A DNA stretch of 64,000 nt, taken from contig JAXDQI010000256.1 in the NCBI GenBank assembly GCA_034667965.1, positions 6,958-70,957 on the forward strand, written 5' to 3'. The DNA is from Gammaproteobacteria bacterium. Its GTDB lineage: Bacteria; Pseudomonadota; Gammaproteobacteria; Steroidobacterales; Steroidobacteraceae. The translations under genes and the position numbers were made by a program. Position 1 is the stretch's first letter; each line of letters opens with the position of its first letter. Below the pieces are notes generated by a model. The model searched no databases. It saw nothing but the letters and a program-made list of their open reading frames with translations, and was not told the origin of the DNA. Below are positions 28,277 through 37,834 of the stretch, piece by piece.

Positions 28277-30627
28277 TGATGAACAGATCCCTTAGAAATC
28301 TCCTTGGAACGCTGCTCTGCACCGCGGTGCTGCTGGGCTGCGCAGCCACGCAGCTGCATCGCGACGGCCTCGCGGAGGTGGAGCGCGGCAATTACGAAAC
28401 CGGGGTGTCCAAGCTCGCCGATGCGGTCGCTCAAGATCCCAACAACATGATGTACAAGCTGGATCTGACGGCGCGGCGCGAGGCCTCGATCCAGAAATTG
28501 ATTTCCGCCGGCGACGCGCTGCGCGGCGCCGGGCAGTGGGATGCCGCGGTGTCCACCTATCGTCGAGTGCTGGTGCTTGAAGCGGGCAATCAGCCGGCCT
28601 TGCGCGGTATCGAGGGCGTCGACGCCGATCGGCGCCACGCCGGCATGGTGGGCGAAGCCTTCAAGGCTTTCGAACGCAAAGACTACGATGCGGCCGATGC
28701 GATTCTGCGATCCGTGCTTAATGAGGACGCCGGCTTCGGACCCGCGGTGGCGCTTGCCGCCAAGATCAATGTGGCGCGCGGACCCATCAATGTGGTGCCT
28801 CGGCTGAAGGCGCGCAATAACGCGAAGGTCACCCTGCAGTTCCGCGATGCGCCCACGAAAATGGTGTTCGAGGTGTTGGCGCGGCAGACGGGCATCAATT
28901 TCGTGCTCGACAAGGATGTGAAGAGCGACAGCAAGACCACGATCTTCGTCCAGGAAGTGCCGATCGAGGAGCCCATCGACCTGGTGCTCGATCAGAACGC
29001 GCTGGCGCGGCAGATTCTCTCGTCGAACATGGTGCTCATCTATCCGAATACCCCGGCCAAGCAAAAGGACTACGAGGAACAGATCGTCCACACGTTCTAT
29101 TTGACCAATGCCGTCCCCAAGGACGTGGAGAGCATGTTGAAGTCCATGCTCGGCGCCAAGACCCTGTTCGTCGATGAGCGCACCAGCGTCGTCGTGATGC
29201 GCGATACCCCGGATGCGGTGCGCATGGCCGAGAAACTGGTGGCCTCGATCGACGTGCCGGAGCCTGAGGTCCTGATCGAAGTGGAAGTGCTCGAGATCGC
29301 TCGCAGCAAGCTGCTCAATCTCGGAATCACCCCTCCCGGCTCCTTCACGGCCAGCGCCACGTCGGTCCTTAAAGGAGCGACCGCCGGCGCAACGAGCGGG
29401 GCCTCGAATCTCGTTCTGTCCGACCTGAGCCACCAGAATGCCAATACCATCAGTGTCTCGTCGGTGAGCCTCACCGCGAACGCCCTGCAGACGGTGGGCA
29501 ACACCAACACGCTGGCGAGTCCGCGCATCCGCGCGCGCAACAAGGAAAAAGCGAAAATCCTGATAGGCAGCCGTGTTCCGGTCATCACCAGCAGCACGGC
29601 GCTTCTGTCCAATGGCACGGCGAACAGCAGCAGCGTTCAGTACCTCGACGTGGGGTTGACGCTGGAGGTCCAGCCGACCGTTTATCTGGACGGCGACGTG
29701 TCCATCAAAGTAGGGCTGGAGGTCAGCTCCATCACCAACACGGTGGTCGTCGGAGGCACACAGGCGTATACGATCGGTACGCGCAACGCCAACACCCTGT
29801 TGCGGCTGAAGGACGGGGAGACCCAGGTATTGGCCGGCCTGATCCAGGACTCGGACACGCGCAACGCCGCCGGAATCCCGGGATTGAGCCAAATTCCGGT
29901 CGTGGGACGCTTGTTCGGTTCGCACAATTCCGACCGGGAGAAAAACGAGATCGTGCTGTCGATCACGCCGCACATCATCCGCACGCAGGCGCGGCCCGCT
30001 TCCGATGCGACGGAATTCTGGTACGGCACCGAAACCCGCTCGCGGAGCACGCCATTTGGCGGTGGCGGCGGCTTCGACAGCGGCGGTTCGTCGGCGGCCT
30101 CCGCCGGCGCAGTCGGCGGCGGTGCAGGACTGCCGACGGTCGGACCTCGGCCTTCGGTATCGCAACCCGTTGCGCCCGCGGCGCCCGCACCCTTGCCGTC
30201 CCCGGCCGCACCGGCAGGCCCGCCGCCCCATCCCACGGTGACGGTCGACGGACCCAGTGAAACCTCGGTGGGTCAGGAATTCGACGTCACCGTGCGCGTT
30301 GCCACGGACGTGGGTATAAGCCGTCTGCGTGGCCAGCTCCGATTCGACTCCAGTGCGCTGCAACTCATGAGTGCGACCGCGGGGGACCTCGTGCCCTCCA
30401 GCGCGGGCAGTCCGACCGTCGATGCGAAAAGTGGAGGTGCGCAGTTGGACGTTACGGCGTCTGACGATCCCATCCAGGGCGAAGGCAGCCTGATGCTGCT
30501 GCGATTCAAGGCGCTCACGGCCCGCCCGGCGAGTCCGATCTCCGCGCAGGTGTCCGCGATGGGACCCGCGGGCACGGCGACGGCGAACGCGGCATCGCAG
30601 CCGCTGAGCGTCGCAATCAAACCGTGA
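28276..30627 (+). CDS. gspD: Secretin (GspD/PilQ/MshL family) lipoprotein fused to an N-terminal TPR region and a C-terminal cohesin-like domain
   Basis: 783 aa with a lipobox (AVLLGCAA) and TPR-like helices (aa ~30-170). It has an STN/N0-like segment (VTLQFRDAPTKMVFEVLARQTGINFVLDKDV) and a secretin core (GETQVLAGLIQD...IPGLSQIPVVGRLFG). A Gly/Ala/Pro linker leads to a cohesin-like tail (VGQEFDVTVRVATDVGISRLRGQLRFDSSALQLMS...GSLMLLRFKAL). Confidence 0.85.
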   Translation: MMNRSLRNLLGTLLCTAVLLGCAATQLHRDGLAEVERGNYETGVSKLADAVAQDPNNMMYKLDLTARREASIQKLISAGDALRGAGQWDAAVSTYRRVLVLEAGNQPALRGIEGVDADRRHAGMVGEAFKAFERKDYDAADAILRSVLNEDAGFGPAVALAAKINVARGPINVVPRLKARNNAKVTLQFRDAPTKMVFEVLARQTGINFVLDKDVKSDSKTTIFVQEVPIEEPIDLVLDQNALARQILSSNMVLIYPNTPAKQKDYEEQIVHTFYLTNAVPKDVESMLKSMLGAKTLFVDERTSVVVMRDTPDAVRMAEKLVASIDVPEPEVLIEVEVLEIARSKLLNLGITPPGSFTASATSVLKGATAGATSGASNLVLSDLSHQNANTISVSSVSLTANALQTVGNTNTLASPRIRARNKEKAKILIGSRVPVITSSTALLSNGTANSSSVQYLDVGLTLEVQPTVYLDGDVSIKVGLEVSSITNTVVVGGTQAYTIGTRNANTLLRLKDGETQVLAGLIQDSDTRNAAGIPGLSQIPVVGRLFGSHNSDREKNEIVLSITPHIIRTQARPASDATEFWYGTETRSRSTPFGGGGGFDSGGSSAASAGAVGGGAGLPTVGPRPSVSQPVAPAAPAPLPSPAAPAGPPPHPTVTVDGPSETSVGQEFDVTVRVATDVGISRLRGQLRFDSSALQLMSATAGDLVPSSAGSPTVDAKSGGAQLDVTASDDPIQGEGSLMLLRFKALTARPASPISAQVSAMGPAGTATANAASQPLSVAIKP

Positions 30628-31106
30628 GCCGGAGCATGCGCGCGCGGGGGTTTACGCTCATCGAGCTGGTGGTTACGGTGGCCATCATCGGAGTGCTCAC
30701 CAGCGCGGCCATGCCGCTGGTGCGGCTCGAAGCGCAACGCGAACGCGAGTCCGAGCTTCATCAGTCGCTGCGTATCTTGCGCAACGCCATCGATGCATAC
30801 AAGGAGGCGGCCGACTCCGGCCACGTCAAAATGGAATTGGGCGATTCGGGCTACCCGCCGAACCTTCAGGTTCTCGTCGACGGCGTCGAGGACATTCAGA
30901 GCGAAAAGAAAGTGATGATGTATTTCCTCCGGAGAGTGCCGCGTGATCCGCTTTTCCCCGACGTTTCCGTGGCTGCCGCGGATACCTGGGGACTGCGCAC
31001 TTACAAGAGCCCGCCGTCGGATCCACAGCCGGGCGAGGACGTGTTCGATGTGTATACCCTGGCGCAGGGAAAGGGCCTGAACGGGATCGCGTATCGTGAG
31101 TGGTAA
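30624..31106 (+). CDS. GspG-like pseudopilin 2
   Basis: Prepilin N-terminus MSRSMRARG/FTLIELVVTVAIIGVL and a GspG-like body (LRILRNAIDAYKEAADSG...YPPNLQVLV). Its start overlaps the secretin stop by 4 nt. Confidence 0.8.
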   Translation: MSRSMRARGFTLIELVVTVAIIGVLTSAAMPLVRLEAQRERESELHQSLRILRNAIDAYKEAADSGHVKMELGDSGYPPNLQVLVDGVEDIQSEKKVMMYFLRRVPRDPLFPDVSVAAADTWGLRTYKSPPSDPQPGEDVFDVYTLAQGKGLNGIAYREW

Positions 31107-31509
31107 CCCGATCAATCCCCGCGGCGCGCGCAATATCCGAACCGCGCACGGATTCACCCTGATCGAGTTGCTCGTGGTCATGAGCATCATCGGAGTGCTG
31201 TTGACCATCGCGGTACCGCGCTACTTTAAGACGGTGCAGCGGTCCAAGGAGACCGTGCTGCGCCGCGACTTGTCCGTGGTGCGGGAATCCATCGACAAGT
31301 ATTACGGCGATCTCGGCCAGTACCCGGATGCCCTGGCCGCTCTGGTCGACAAACGCTACATCCGCAGCGTGCCGGTGGACCCGTTCACCAAGTCGGCCGA
31401 GAGCTGGCTGGTGGTGCAGTCGGACGATCCCGATCATCCCGGGGTACGGGACATCCATAGCGGTTCGCCGGACAGCGCCGCCGACGGTTCGCCTTTCGTC
31501 AGTTGGTGA
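31096..31509 (+). CDS. GspG-like pseudopilin 3
   Basis: HG/FTLIELLVVMSIIGVLLTIAVPRYF followed by LSVVRESIDKYYGDLGQYPDALAALV. It overlaps the previous ORF. Confidence 0.8.
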   Translation: MSGNPINPRGARNIRTAHGFTLIELLVVMSIIGVLLTIAVPRYFKTVQRSKETVLRRDLSVVRESIDKYYGDLGQYPDALAALVDKRYIRSVPVDPFTKSAESWLVVQSDDPDHPGVRDIHSGSPDSAADGSPFVSW

Positions 31510-31512
31510 CAT

Positions 31513-32040
31513 GTGGGGAACCGATCAGGCCGTGCGACGGGATTCACCAACGTGGCGGGCTTCACCTACATCGGCCTCTTGATCGCCATCGTCATTCTGG
31601 GTGTGGGGCTGTCGGCCGTAGGTGTCGTCTGGCGCACGCAAGCGCAACGCGAACGCGAACAGGAACTGTTGTTCATCGGACGCGACTTCAAGCGGGCGAT
31701 CGCCTCGTACTACATGGATGCCGGAAACGGCGGCCATCAGTATCCGCAGGAGATAGCCGACCTGCTGGACGACAAGCGGGGCACCGAAATACATCACCAC
31801 CTGCGGCGCTTCTACGCCGATCCCATGACCGGCGCGCAGGACTGGAACCTCATTCGAGTCGATATGCTCGGCATTACCGGGATCGCGAGCAGTTCGCAAA
31901 ATGCGCCGATCAAGAAGTCCGGATTCCCGAAGGACGAATCGGAATTTGAAGACGCAACGTGCTATTGCGACTGGAAATTCCTGTATCAACCGCGAATCCT
32001 CGGGCGCCGCGCCAATCCCGTTCCCCGGGCCGCGGATTGA
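31513..32040 (+). CDS. Pseudopilin 4 (divergent prepilin-type N-terminus)
   Basis: AG/FTYIGLLIAIVILGVGL followed by FKRAIASYYMDAGNGGHQYPQEIADLL. 175 aa. Confidence 0.7.
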   Translation: MGNRSGRATGFTNVAGFTYIGLLIAIVILGVGLSAVGVVWRTQAQREREQELLFIGRDFKRAIASYYMDAGNGGHQYPQEIADLLDDKRGTEIHHHLRRFYADPMTGAQDWNLIRVDMLGITGIASSSQNAPIKKSGFPKDESEFEDATCYCDWKFLYQPRILGRRANPVPRAAD

Positions 32041-33329
32041 CCACATCCGATAAATTGCCCCCCCAGGGGCCGGCCGAATCGCCGGCGACTCCGGCTGCGA
32101 CCTTTCGGGCGATCGAAAAGGCGAAGCATGAGTGGGAATTCACCGTGGACGCCCTCACCGCCCTGGTGTGTCTGCTCGACCCCGATGGCATCGTGCTGCG
32201 TGCGAATCGCGTCGTCGAGCACTGGGGACTTGGATCGGTCGGCGGCGTGATCGGAAGAAGCGCGCACTCCATTCTTCATCCGGACTGCCCCGATGGCGAT
32301 TGCGAGGTTGCGCGCCGGCTCCGGGATGCATTGCCGAAGCTCCGCAACGGCTTTCCGCAGGAGTTCGAAGCCTATTCATCCGACGCTGATCGGACGCTGC
32401 AGTACACGCTGCGCCCGATGCGCACCGGCGACGACCCGCCGCCACAGCCGAACGATGGACGCAACGTGCTGGTCGTCACCGATGTATCCGCGTTGCGCCG
32501 CGCGCAGCGGGCTCTCGAAAACGTCAATCTCGACCTGGAGTCGCGCGTACAGCTGCGCACCCGCGAGCTGCACGATTCCAATCGCGAGCTTCGCGGCGAA
32601 GTCGTACGGCGCGAACAGGCGGAGCTCGAGCTTCGAGCATCGAGCAATAATCTGGCGCTGCTCTCCGAGCAGTTGATCCAGGCGCAGGAGGTCGAGCGCC
32701 GACGCATCGCCCTCGAACTGCACGACTCCGTCGGTCAAAGTTTAAGCGCCATCAAATACACGCTGGAGCGCGCCATCATCATGGTGCAGCGAGGCAACCT
32801 CGGGAGCCCCGAGAGCGTGTTGACCCTGGCAGTGCAGCGTATTCATGAAACGGCCGATGGGATACGCGCGATATCGATGAATCTGCGGCCGCAGATGCTC
32901 GATAACCTGGGAGCGGCGTCGGCGACCAGTTGGTTCTGCCGTGGTTTCGCCGAGATCTATCCGACGCTGGACGTGCGGGCCGAGATCACGGCATTGAACG
33001 GCGAAATCCCGAATCGAATTTCGACGCACCTCTACCGCTGCGTACAGGAATTGCTCAATAATGTGGCCAAGCATGCCGACGCGAACACCGTCTGGGTGAC
33101 GCTCAAGCGCGAGGGTCCGAGCTTGAGTCTCGAGGTGCGCGATGACGGCAGCGGGATGCAGACCCTGGCGGACGACCCGTCGCGATTGCACGGTTCCGGC
33201 ATCCGCAATATACGGGAGCGGGCCGACATGACCTTCGGACAATTTACGCTGGCATCCTCGCCGAGCGGGGGAACCTCCGCGCAGATCATTTGGCGCCTGG
33301 ACGACAACGACTTCGCGGAAGGGATCTAG
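31959..33329 (+). CDS. Cytoplasmic PAS-domain sensor histidine kinase, HisKA_3 (NarX/DegS-type) family
   Basis: PAS-like region (HEWEFTVDALTALVCLLDPDGIVLRANR), a coiled coil, an H-box (ELHDSVGQSLSAIKY) and a HATPase_c domain (VRDDGSGM...GSGIRNIRERA). No TM segment. The start is uncertain: a TTG at 32037 would overlap the pseudopilin stop as TTGA. Confidence 0.8.
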   Translation: MLLRLEIPVSTANPRAPRQSRSPGRGLTTSDKLPPQGPAESPATPAATFRAIEKAKHEWEFTVDALTALVCLLDPDGIVLRANRVVEHWGLGSVGGVIGRSAHSILHPDCPDGDCEVARRLRDALPKLRNGFPQEFEAYSSDADRTLQYTLRPMRTGDDPPPQPNDGRNVLVVTDVSALRRAQRALENVNLDLESRVQLRTRELHDSNRELRGEVVRREQAELELRASSNNLALLSEQLIQAQEVERRRIALELHDSVGQSLSAIKYTLERAIIMVQRGNLGSPESVLTLAVQRIHETADGIRAISMNLRPQMLDNLGAASATSWFCRGFAEIYPTLDVRAEITALNGEIPNRISTHLYRCVQELLNNVAKHADANTVWVTLKREGPSLSLEVRDDGSGMQTLADDPSRLHGSGIRNIRERADMTFGQFTLASSPSGGTSAQIIWRLDDNDFAEGI

Positions 33330-33754
33330 TCGCGGGGTTTACGCAGCCGGTCATCCATCTCTGCAAGGGTGGCGGCGATCGAATGCTCGGTGTCCTGAAG
33401 TTCGGTGCGCAGTTTGGCGATTTCCTCACGGATCAGCGCTCCCAATTCCGTGAAGCGCGACGCTTCGGCGCTCTCCGCAAGAAGCCGCTGCGCCTGCAGC
33501 TCCTTCGCCTGCCGCCGGAACTCCACGAGCAAGGTTCCCTGCCAATGACCGACGTAATTCCACAACACGGCAAGGGCCAGGGCGAAGAGCAGCAGCATCA
33601 CGACTCCGACAGGGACGTCCGCCGAGGTCAACAGCAAGTTCAGCTTTGCCGACCCGGCGAATATCCGCCAGTTCAGAACGAGAAACAGGGCGGACAAACC
33701 GGACACGACCAACATCAGCAATGATCTGACGCGCATTGTTAGCTCCAGCGGCAT
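33326..33754 (-). CDS. Small membrane protein with coiled-coil tail (LapA-domain-like), hypothetical
   Basis: 142 aa with two N-terminal TM helices (LLMLVVSGLSALFLVLNW, VGVVMLLLFALALAVLW) and then a helical tail. It is the last gene of the kbl-tdh transcription direction. Confidence 0.5.
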   Translation of the reverse strand: MPLELTMRVRSLLMLVVSGLSALFLVLNWRIFAGSAKLNLLLTSADVPVGVVMLLLFALALAVLWNYVGHWQGTLLVEFRRQAKELQAQRLLAESAEASRFTELGALIREEIAKLRTELQDTEHSIAATLAEMDDRLRKPRD

Positions 33755-33765
33755 GGCTCCGGGGG

Positions 33766-34797
33766 CTAGAGAGCCGCCCAGTCCAGGATGACCTTTCCCG
33801 ATTTTCCGGATTTCATGATCTCGAACCCCTCGAGAAAATCATTCACACCGAGCCGATGCGTAATGACAGGTCGCACGCTCAAACCGCTTTGCAACATGCT
33901 CGACATCTTGTACCAGGTCTCGAACATTTCGCGCCCGTAGATCCCCTTGATGACCAATCCCTTGAAGATGACGTCGTTCCAGTCGATGGCGGTTTCGCCG
34001 GGCGGGATGCCGAGCATGGATATGCTGCCGCCATGATTCATGGTGCGGAGCATGGCGCGAAACGCGGTGGCGTTGCCCGACATTTCGAAGCCCACGTCGA
34101 AGCCTTCTTCCATGCCGAGTTCGCGCATGGCATCGTCCAATGATTCGCGCGACACGTTCAGCGCCTTCGAGGCGCCCATGGTGGCCGCCAATCGCAACCG
34201 GTAGTCGTTGACGTCGGTGATGACGACGTGCCGGGCGCCGCAATGGCGCGCGATCGCCACCGCCATGATGCCGATGGGCCCGGCGCCGGTGATGAGCACA
34301 TCCTCGCCGACCACATTGAAGGCGAGGGCGGTGTGGGTGGCGTTGCCGAACGGATCGAGTATCGAGGCGATCTCATCGTCGATCGCAGCCGGCAGCTTGA
34401 ATACGTTGGCGGCCGGGATGGCCAAATATTCGGCGAAGGCGCCGGGGCGATTCACGCCCACGCCCGAGGTGTTGCGGCACAAGTGGCGCCGCCCCGCGCG
34501 GCAGTTGCGGCAATGGCCGCAGGTGATATGCCCCTCGCCCGACACCCGGTCGCCGGTCTCGAAGCCGCGCACTTCGCTGCCCATCTCGACGATCTCGCCC
34601 GAATACTCATGGCCCACGGCCATGGGCACCGGCACCGTCTTCTGCGCCCAGGCATCCCAGTTGTAGATGTGCATGTCGGTGCCGCAGATGGCGGAACGGT
34701 GCACCTTGATGAGCACGTCGTTGTGGCCCACCGCCGGTTCCGGGACGTCCTGCATCCAGATGCCGGGTTCGGCTCTTGCCTTGACCAGAGCTTTCAT
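33766..34797 (-). CDS. tdh: L-threonine 3-dehydrogenase
   Basis: 343 aa Zn-dependent alcohol-dehydrogenase fold, close in pattern to E. coli Tdh (MKALVK...[33 protein letters not shown]). It is paired with kbl. Confidence 0.9.
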   Translation of the reverse strand: MKALVKARAEPGIWMQDVPEPAVGHNDVLIKVHRSAICGTDMHIYNWDAWAQKTVPVPMAVGHEYSGEIVEMGSEVRGFETGDRVSGEGHITCGHCRNCRAGRRHLCRNTSGVGVNRPGAFAEYLAIPAANVFKLPAAIDDEIASILDPFGNATHTALAFNVVGEDVLITGAGPIGIMAVAIARHCGARHVVITDVNDYRLRLAATMGASKALNVSRESLDDAMRELGMEEGFDVGFEMSGNATAFRAMLRTMNHGGSISMLGIPPGETAIDWNDVIFKGLVIKGIYGREMFETWYKMSSMLQSGLSVRPVITHRLGVNDFLEGFEIMKSGKSGKVILDWAAL

Positions 34798-34810
34798 GGC
34801 GAACCCTCGA

Positions 34811-36007
34811 TTAATGAATGATGCCGAGATCGCGGCCGGCGCGACCGAAGGCTTGAACGACGCGATCCAGCTGCGTCGTGGTGTGCGCCGCGTTCATCTG
34901 GGTGCGAATCCGCGCCTTGCCGTGCGGCACGACGGGGAATGCAAAGGCGACGACATAGACGCCGTTCTCCTGGCATCGCTCGGCCAGGCGCACCGCGAGC
35001 GGGGCCTCGCCCAGCATGATCGGGATGATGGGATGTTCGCCCGGCAGCAGATCGAACCCGAGGGACTGCATCTGCGAACGGAAGTAGCGCGCATTGCCGT
35101 GCACCCGCTCGCGCAGTTCCGGGGAGCTCTCGAGAATATCGAGAACCTTCAGAGTGGCGGCCGCGACCGGCGGGGCGATGCTGTTCGAGAACAGGTATGG
35201 GCGGGACCGTTGCCGCAGCCAACCGACGATTTCCTTGCGCGCGGCGACGTAACCGCCGCTTGCACCGCCCAAAGCCTTGCCGAACGTACCGGTCATGATG
35301 TCGATTCGGTCCATGACACCGCGCAGCTCGTGCGAGCCGCGGCCCCGCGCACCGATGAAGCCGGTGGCGTGCGAATCGTCCACCATGACCAGCGCTCCAT
35401 AGCGATCCGCCAGGCCGCAGATGGCGTCGAGCCTGGCGATCGAACCATCCATCGAGAACACGCCGTCGGTGGCGATCAGGCGAACACGCGCGTCCTGGGA
35501 ATCCTTCAAGGCTTGCTCGAGTTCGTTCATGTCGTTGTTGGCGTAGCGCAGCCGGCGGGCCTTGCAGAGGCGGATCCCGTCGATGATGCTCGCGTGATTC
35601 AAGGAATCACTGATCACCGCATCCTGATCGTCCAGCAGCGTTTCGAACAACCCGCCGTTGGCGTCGAAGCACGAGGAATAGAGGATGGCGTCCTCCATCG
35701 ACAGATACGCGCTCAAGCGCTGTTCGAGCTCCCGGTGCACGCGTTGCGTCCCGCAGATGAAACGGACCGAGGCCACGCCGTAGCCGTAGCGATCGAGCGC
35801 CTCGTGCGCGGCCGCGACCACGGCCGGGTGATTGGCGAGACCAAGGTAGTTGTTCGCGCACAGATTCACCATCTCACGGCCGTCGGCGAGCGTTACCACC
35901 GGCCCCTGCGCCGAGCCGATGACGCGCTCGCGCTTGAGGAGTCCGGCCGCTTCGAGCGCCTGGGTATCATTGTCTAGCCTCGCACGGAATTCTTTGATGG
36001 CGCTCAT
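34811..36007 (-). CDS. kbl: 2-amino-3-ketobutyrate CoA ligase (glycine C-acetyltransferase)
   Basis: Collinear with E. coli Kbl from [29 protein letters not shown]... ([42 protein letters not shown]). The start was trimmed from the track ORF (36130) to the Met that aligns with Kbl. Confidence 0.9.
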   Translation of the reverse strand: MSAIKEFRARLDNDTQALEAAGLLKRERVIGSAQGPVVTLADGREMVNLCANNYLGLANHPAVVAAAHEALDRYGYGVASVRFICGTQRVHRELEQRLSAYLSMEDAILYSSCFDANGGLFETLLDDQDAVISDSLNHASIIDGIRLCKARRLRYANNDMNELEQALKDSQDARVRLIATDGVFSMDGSIARLDAICGLADRYGALVMVDDSHATGFIGARGRGSHELRGVMDRIDIMTGTFGKALGGASGGYVAARKEIVGWLRQRSRPYLFSNSIAPPVAAATLKVLDILESSPELRERVHGNARYFRSQMQSLGFDLLPGEHPIIPIMLGEAPLAVRLAERCQENGVYVVAFAFPVVPHGKARIRTQMNAAHTTTQLDRVVQAFGRAGRDLGIIH

Positions 36008-36025
36008 GCCGCTATTATAGCGGGC
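36008..36025. promoter_or_regulatory. 18-bp kbl/hslR divergent intergenic spacer forming an imperfect palindrome with -10-like boxes on both strands
   Basis: CATGCCGCTATTATAGCGGGCATG. The minus strand reads TATAAT-6 nt-ATG(kbl) and the plus strand reads TATTAT-7 nt-ATG(hslR). Coordinates are +/-1. Confidence 0.3.
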
Positions 36026-36418
36026 ATGGACGAAACTGATGTTCATCGATTGGACAAGTGGCTGTGGCATTGCCGGTTTTACAAGACGCGCAGCCTGGCC
36101 ACCGCCGCCATCGCCGGCGGAAAAGTGCACCTGAACTTAGGCCGGGTGAAACCGGCTCATCGGGTGCGCATCGGCGACCGTTTGAGCCTGTCGCTGCAGG
36201 GAGTGGTTGCGGAATTCGAGGTTTTGGGCCTTCCCGAGCGGCGCGGTCCCGCCGCGGAAGCACAGACCCACTATCTCGAGACGGCCGCAAGCACGGAGCG
36301 GCGCGGGCGGTTGCGGGAACAGCAGCGGTTGGCGAGTGCTTCGAGACCGCGGCCCGATGCAAGACCCGACAAGCGCGATCGACGCCGCTTGATGCGACTG
36401 CAACGAGATCAAACCTAG
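36026..36418 (+). CDS. hslR: Ribosome-associated heat-shock protein Hsp15 (S4 RNA-binding domain)
   Basis: [32 protein letters not shown] aligns with E. coli HslR (VRLDKWLWAARFYKTRALAREMIEGGKVHYN). The tail is basic ([13 protein letters not shown]). Confidence 0.85.
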   Translation: MDETDVHRLDKWLWHCRFYKTRSLATAAIAGGKVHLNLGRVKPAHRVRIGDRLSLSLQGVVAEFEVLGLPERRGPAAEAQTHYLETAASTERRGRLREQQRLASASRPRPDARPDKRDRRRLMRLQRDQT

Positions 36419-36428
36419 GAGCTAAAAT

Positions 36429-36944
36429 TCAAGCCCACAGATCCGCCATGCTTTCCGGATCGTCCAGTTCGCAGTGGCTTGCGGTCTCGGGCTGAAGCTT
36501 CGTCCAGTCGGCATGGACCCAGATTGCGGTTACGATGCCGCCGGTCGGCAAGTCGCGCGGCTGCGGCTTGGGACCTAAGCGGCTCGCGATCTGGCTCAGG
36601 CCGGGATTGTGGCCGCAGACCATGAGATGTTTCACCCCGAGATCATGCCGCGTCAGGAGCCGCCAGGTGGTTTCGGGTGTCGCCAGATACAGCTCACGGG
36701 CGCAGCGAATCTGCTTGCCGTCGAGTTCGCAGATGCCGGCCACGATCGATGCCGTCGCCCAGGTCCGCTCGGCGGGACTCGCCAGGATGAGGTCCGGGAT
36801 CAGGTCGCGGTGCACGATGCGCGTCGCCATCTCCTTCGCCTCGATGTTGCCGCGACGCGTGAGCACACGTTCGAAATCGTCGGGGCAGCTGTCCACAGCC
36901 TGCGCCTGACCATGCCGCAGAAGAGTCAGCCTGAGCGTACCCAC
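36429..36944 (-). CDS. sixA: Phosphohistidine phosphatase SixA
   Basis: 171 aa histidine-phosphatase fold with an RHG motif (LTLLRHGQA) and a later H (CGHNPG). The size fits SixA. Confidence 0.75.
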   Translation of the reverse strand: MGTLRLTLLRHGQAQAVDSCPDDFERVLTRRGNIEAKEMATRIVHRDLIPDLILASPAERTWATASIVAGICELDGKQIRCARELYLATPETTWRLLTRHDLGVKHLMVCGHNPGLSQIASRLGPKPQPRDLPTGGIVTAIWVHADWTKLQPETASHCELDDPESMADLWA

Positions 36945-37234
36945 AGTCGCCCGTCCGCAATCTTGGTTTCGTATACCCGTACCGGCTCGTAGGCCGGCGG
37001 CGATAGCGCCTGGCCCGTGCGCAGACAGAAGCGCGCGCCGTGCCGCGGGCAGATGATTTCCGCGCCTTCGACGGCGCCCCCGGTCAGCTCGGCACCGTCA
37101 TGGGTGCAGATGTCCTCGATGGCGAAGCATTCATCGCCGCTGCGCACCACGGCCACCATGTGTCGGCCCACCGGAATGGAAATCGCCTCGCCGTCGTGCA
37201 AGTCGGCCGTGGGTCCCGCGTCGATCCATTTCAC
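36926..37234 (-). CDS. Rieske [2Fe-2S] ferredoxin-like protein (last gene of the suf operon)
   Basis: 102 aa with CTHDG...CPRHGARF (CxH...CxxH). Confidence 0.8.
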   Translation of the reverse strand: MKWIDAGPTADLHDGEAISIPVGRHMVAVVRSGDECFAIEDICTHDGAELTGGAVEGAEIICPRHGARFCLRTGQALSPPAYEPVRVYETKIADGRLWVRSG

Positions 37235-37276
37235 GAATGGTGTGCTCGTTCGTCACTCAGAATCACTTCGTCGTCC

Positions 37277-37828
37277 TCACATCATGCCGGTTTGCAGCCG
37301 CGCCTCATCCGACATCATGGTTTGGTTCCACGGCGGGTCGAACACCAGTTCCACATTGGCTCGCGACACGGTCGGAACGATTTCGACCTTGCCGCGCACG
37401 TCCTGCACCAAGGTCTCGCCCATGCCGCAGCCGGGCGCGGTCAAGGTCATTTTGATGTCGACCGTCCGGGTCGCATCGTCGTTCCTTATGACTTCGCACT
37501 CGTACACCAAGCCCAAGTCGACAATGTTTACCGGGATCTCGGGATCGTAGCAAGTCTTGAGCTGTTGCCAGATGATGCCCTTGAGGTCCTCCTCGGAGGC
37601 CCCGGGCGGTACTTCGGGCGCCAAGGACGCCGTCTTACCGATCGCGTCCGCATCATGCCCGGCGATGCGGAACAGGTTCCCGTCGATGTACACGGTGAAG
37701 CTGCCGCCTAACGCCTGGGTGATGTAGCCCACCGAACCCAGCTTCAGGTTGACTTCGACCCCGGCGGGTATCGCGATGGCCTTGACGTCGCGCTGCACGA
37801 CGATGGGTTCATTTTCGTAAGAATGCAT
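37277..37828 (-). CDS. sufT: SUF-system Fe-S assembly protein SufT (DUF59/MIP18 family, long form)
   Basis: 183 aa with a C-terminal DUF59 signature (CYDPEIPVNIVDLGLVY...LTAPGCGMG). It sits in the suf operon. Confidence 0.75.
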   Translation of the reverse strand: MHSYENEPIVVQRDVKAIAIPAGVEVNLKLGSVGYITQALGGSFTVYIDGNLFRIAGHDADAIGKTASLAPEVPPGASEEDLKGIIWQQLKTCYDPEIPVNIVDLGLVYECEVIRNDDATRTVDIKMTLTAPGCGMGETLVQDVRGKVEIVPTVSRANVELVFDPPWNQTMMSDEARLQTGMM

Positions 37829-37834
37829 TGGCTT

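Noticed and set aside
28246-30363. 705-aa minus-strand ORF opposite the secretin, and 34667-35977 (+) opposite kbl, 38431-39501 (+) opposite sufS, 59281-60546 (+) opposite ppsA, and 17404-18732 (-) opposite the cyt c-PBP gene.
   Set aside because: All are antisense to genes with strong family signatures and lack motifs of their own. They are GC-skewed frame artefacts.
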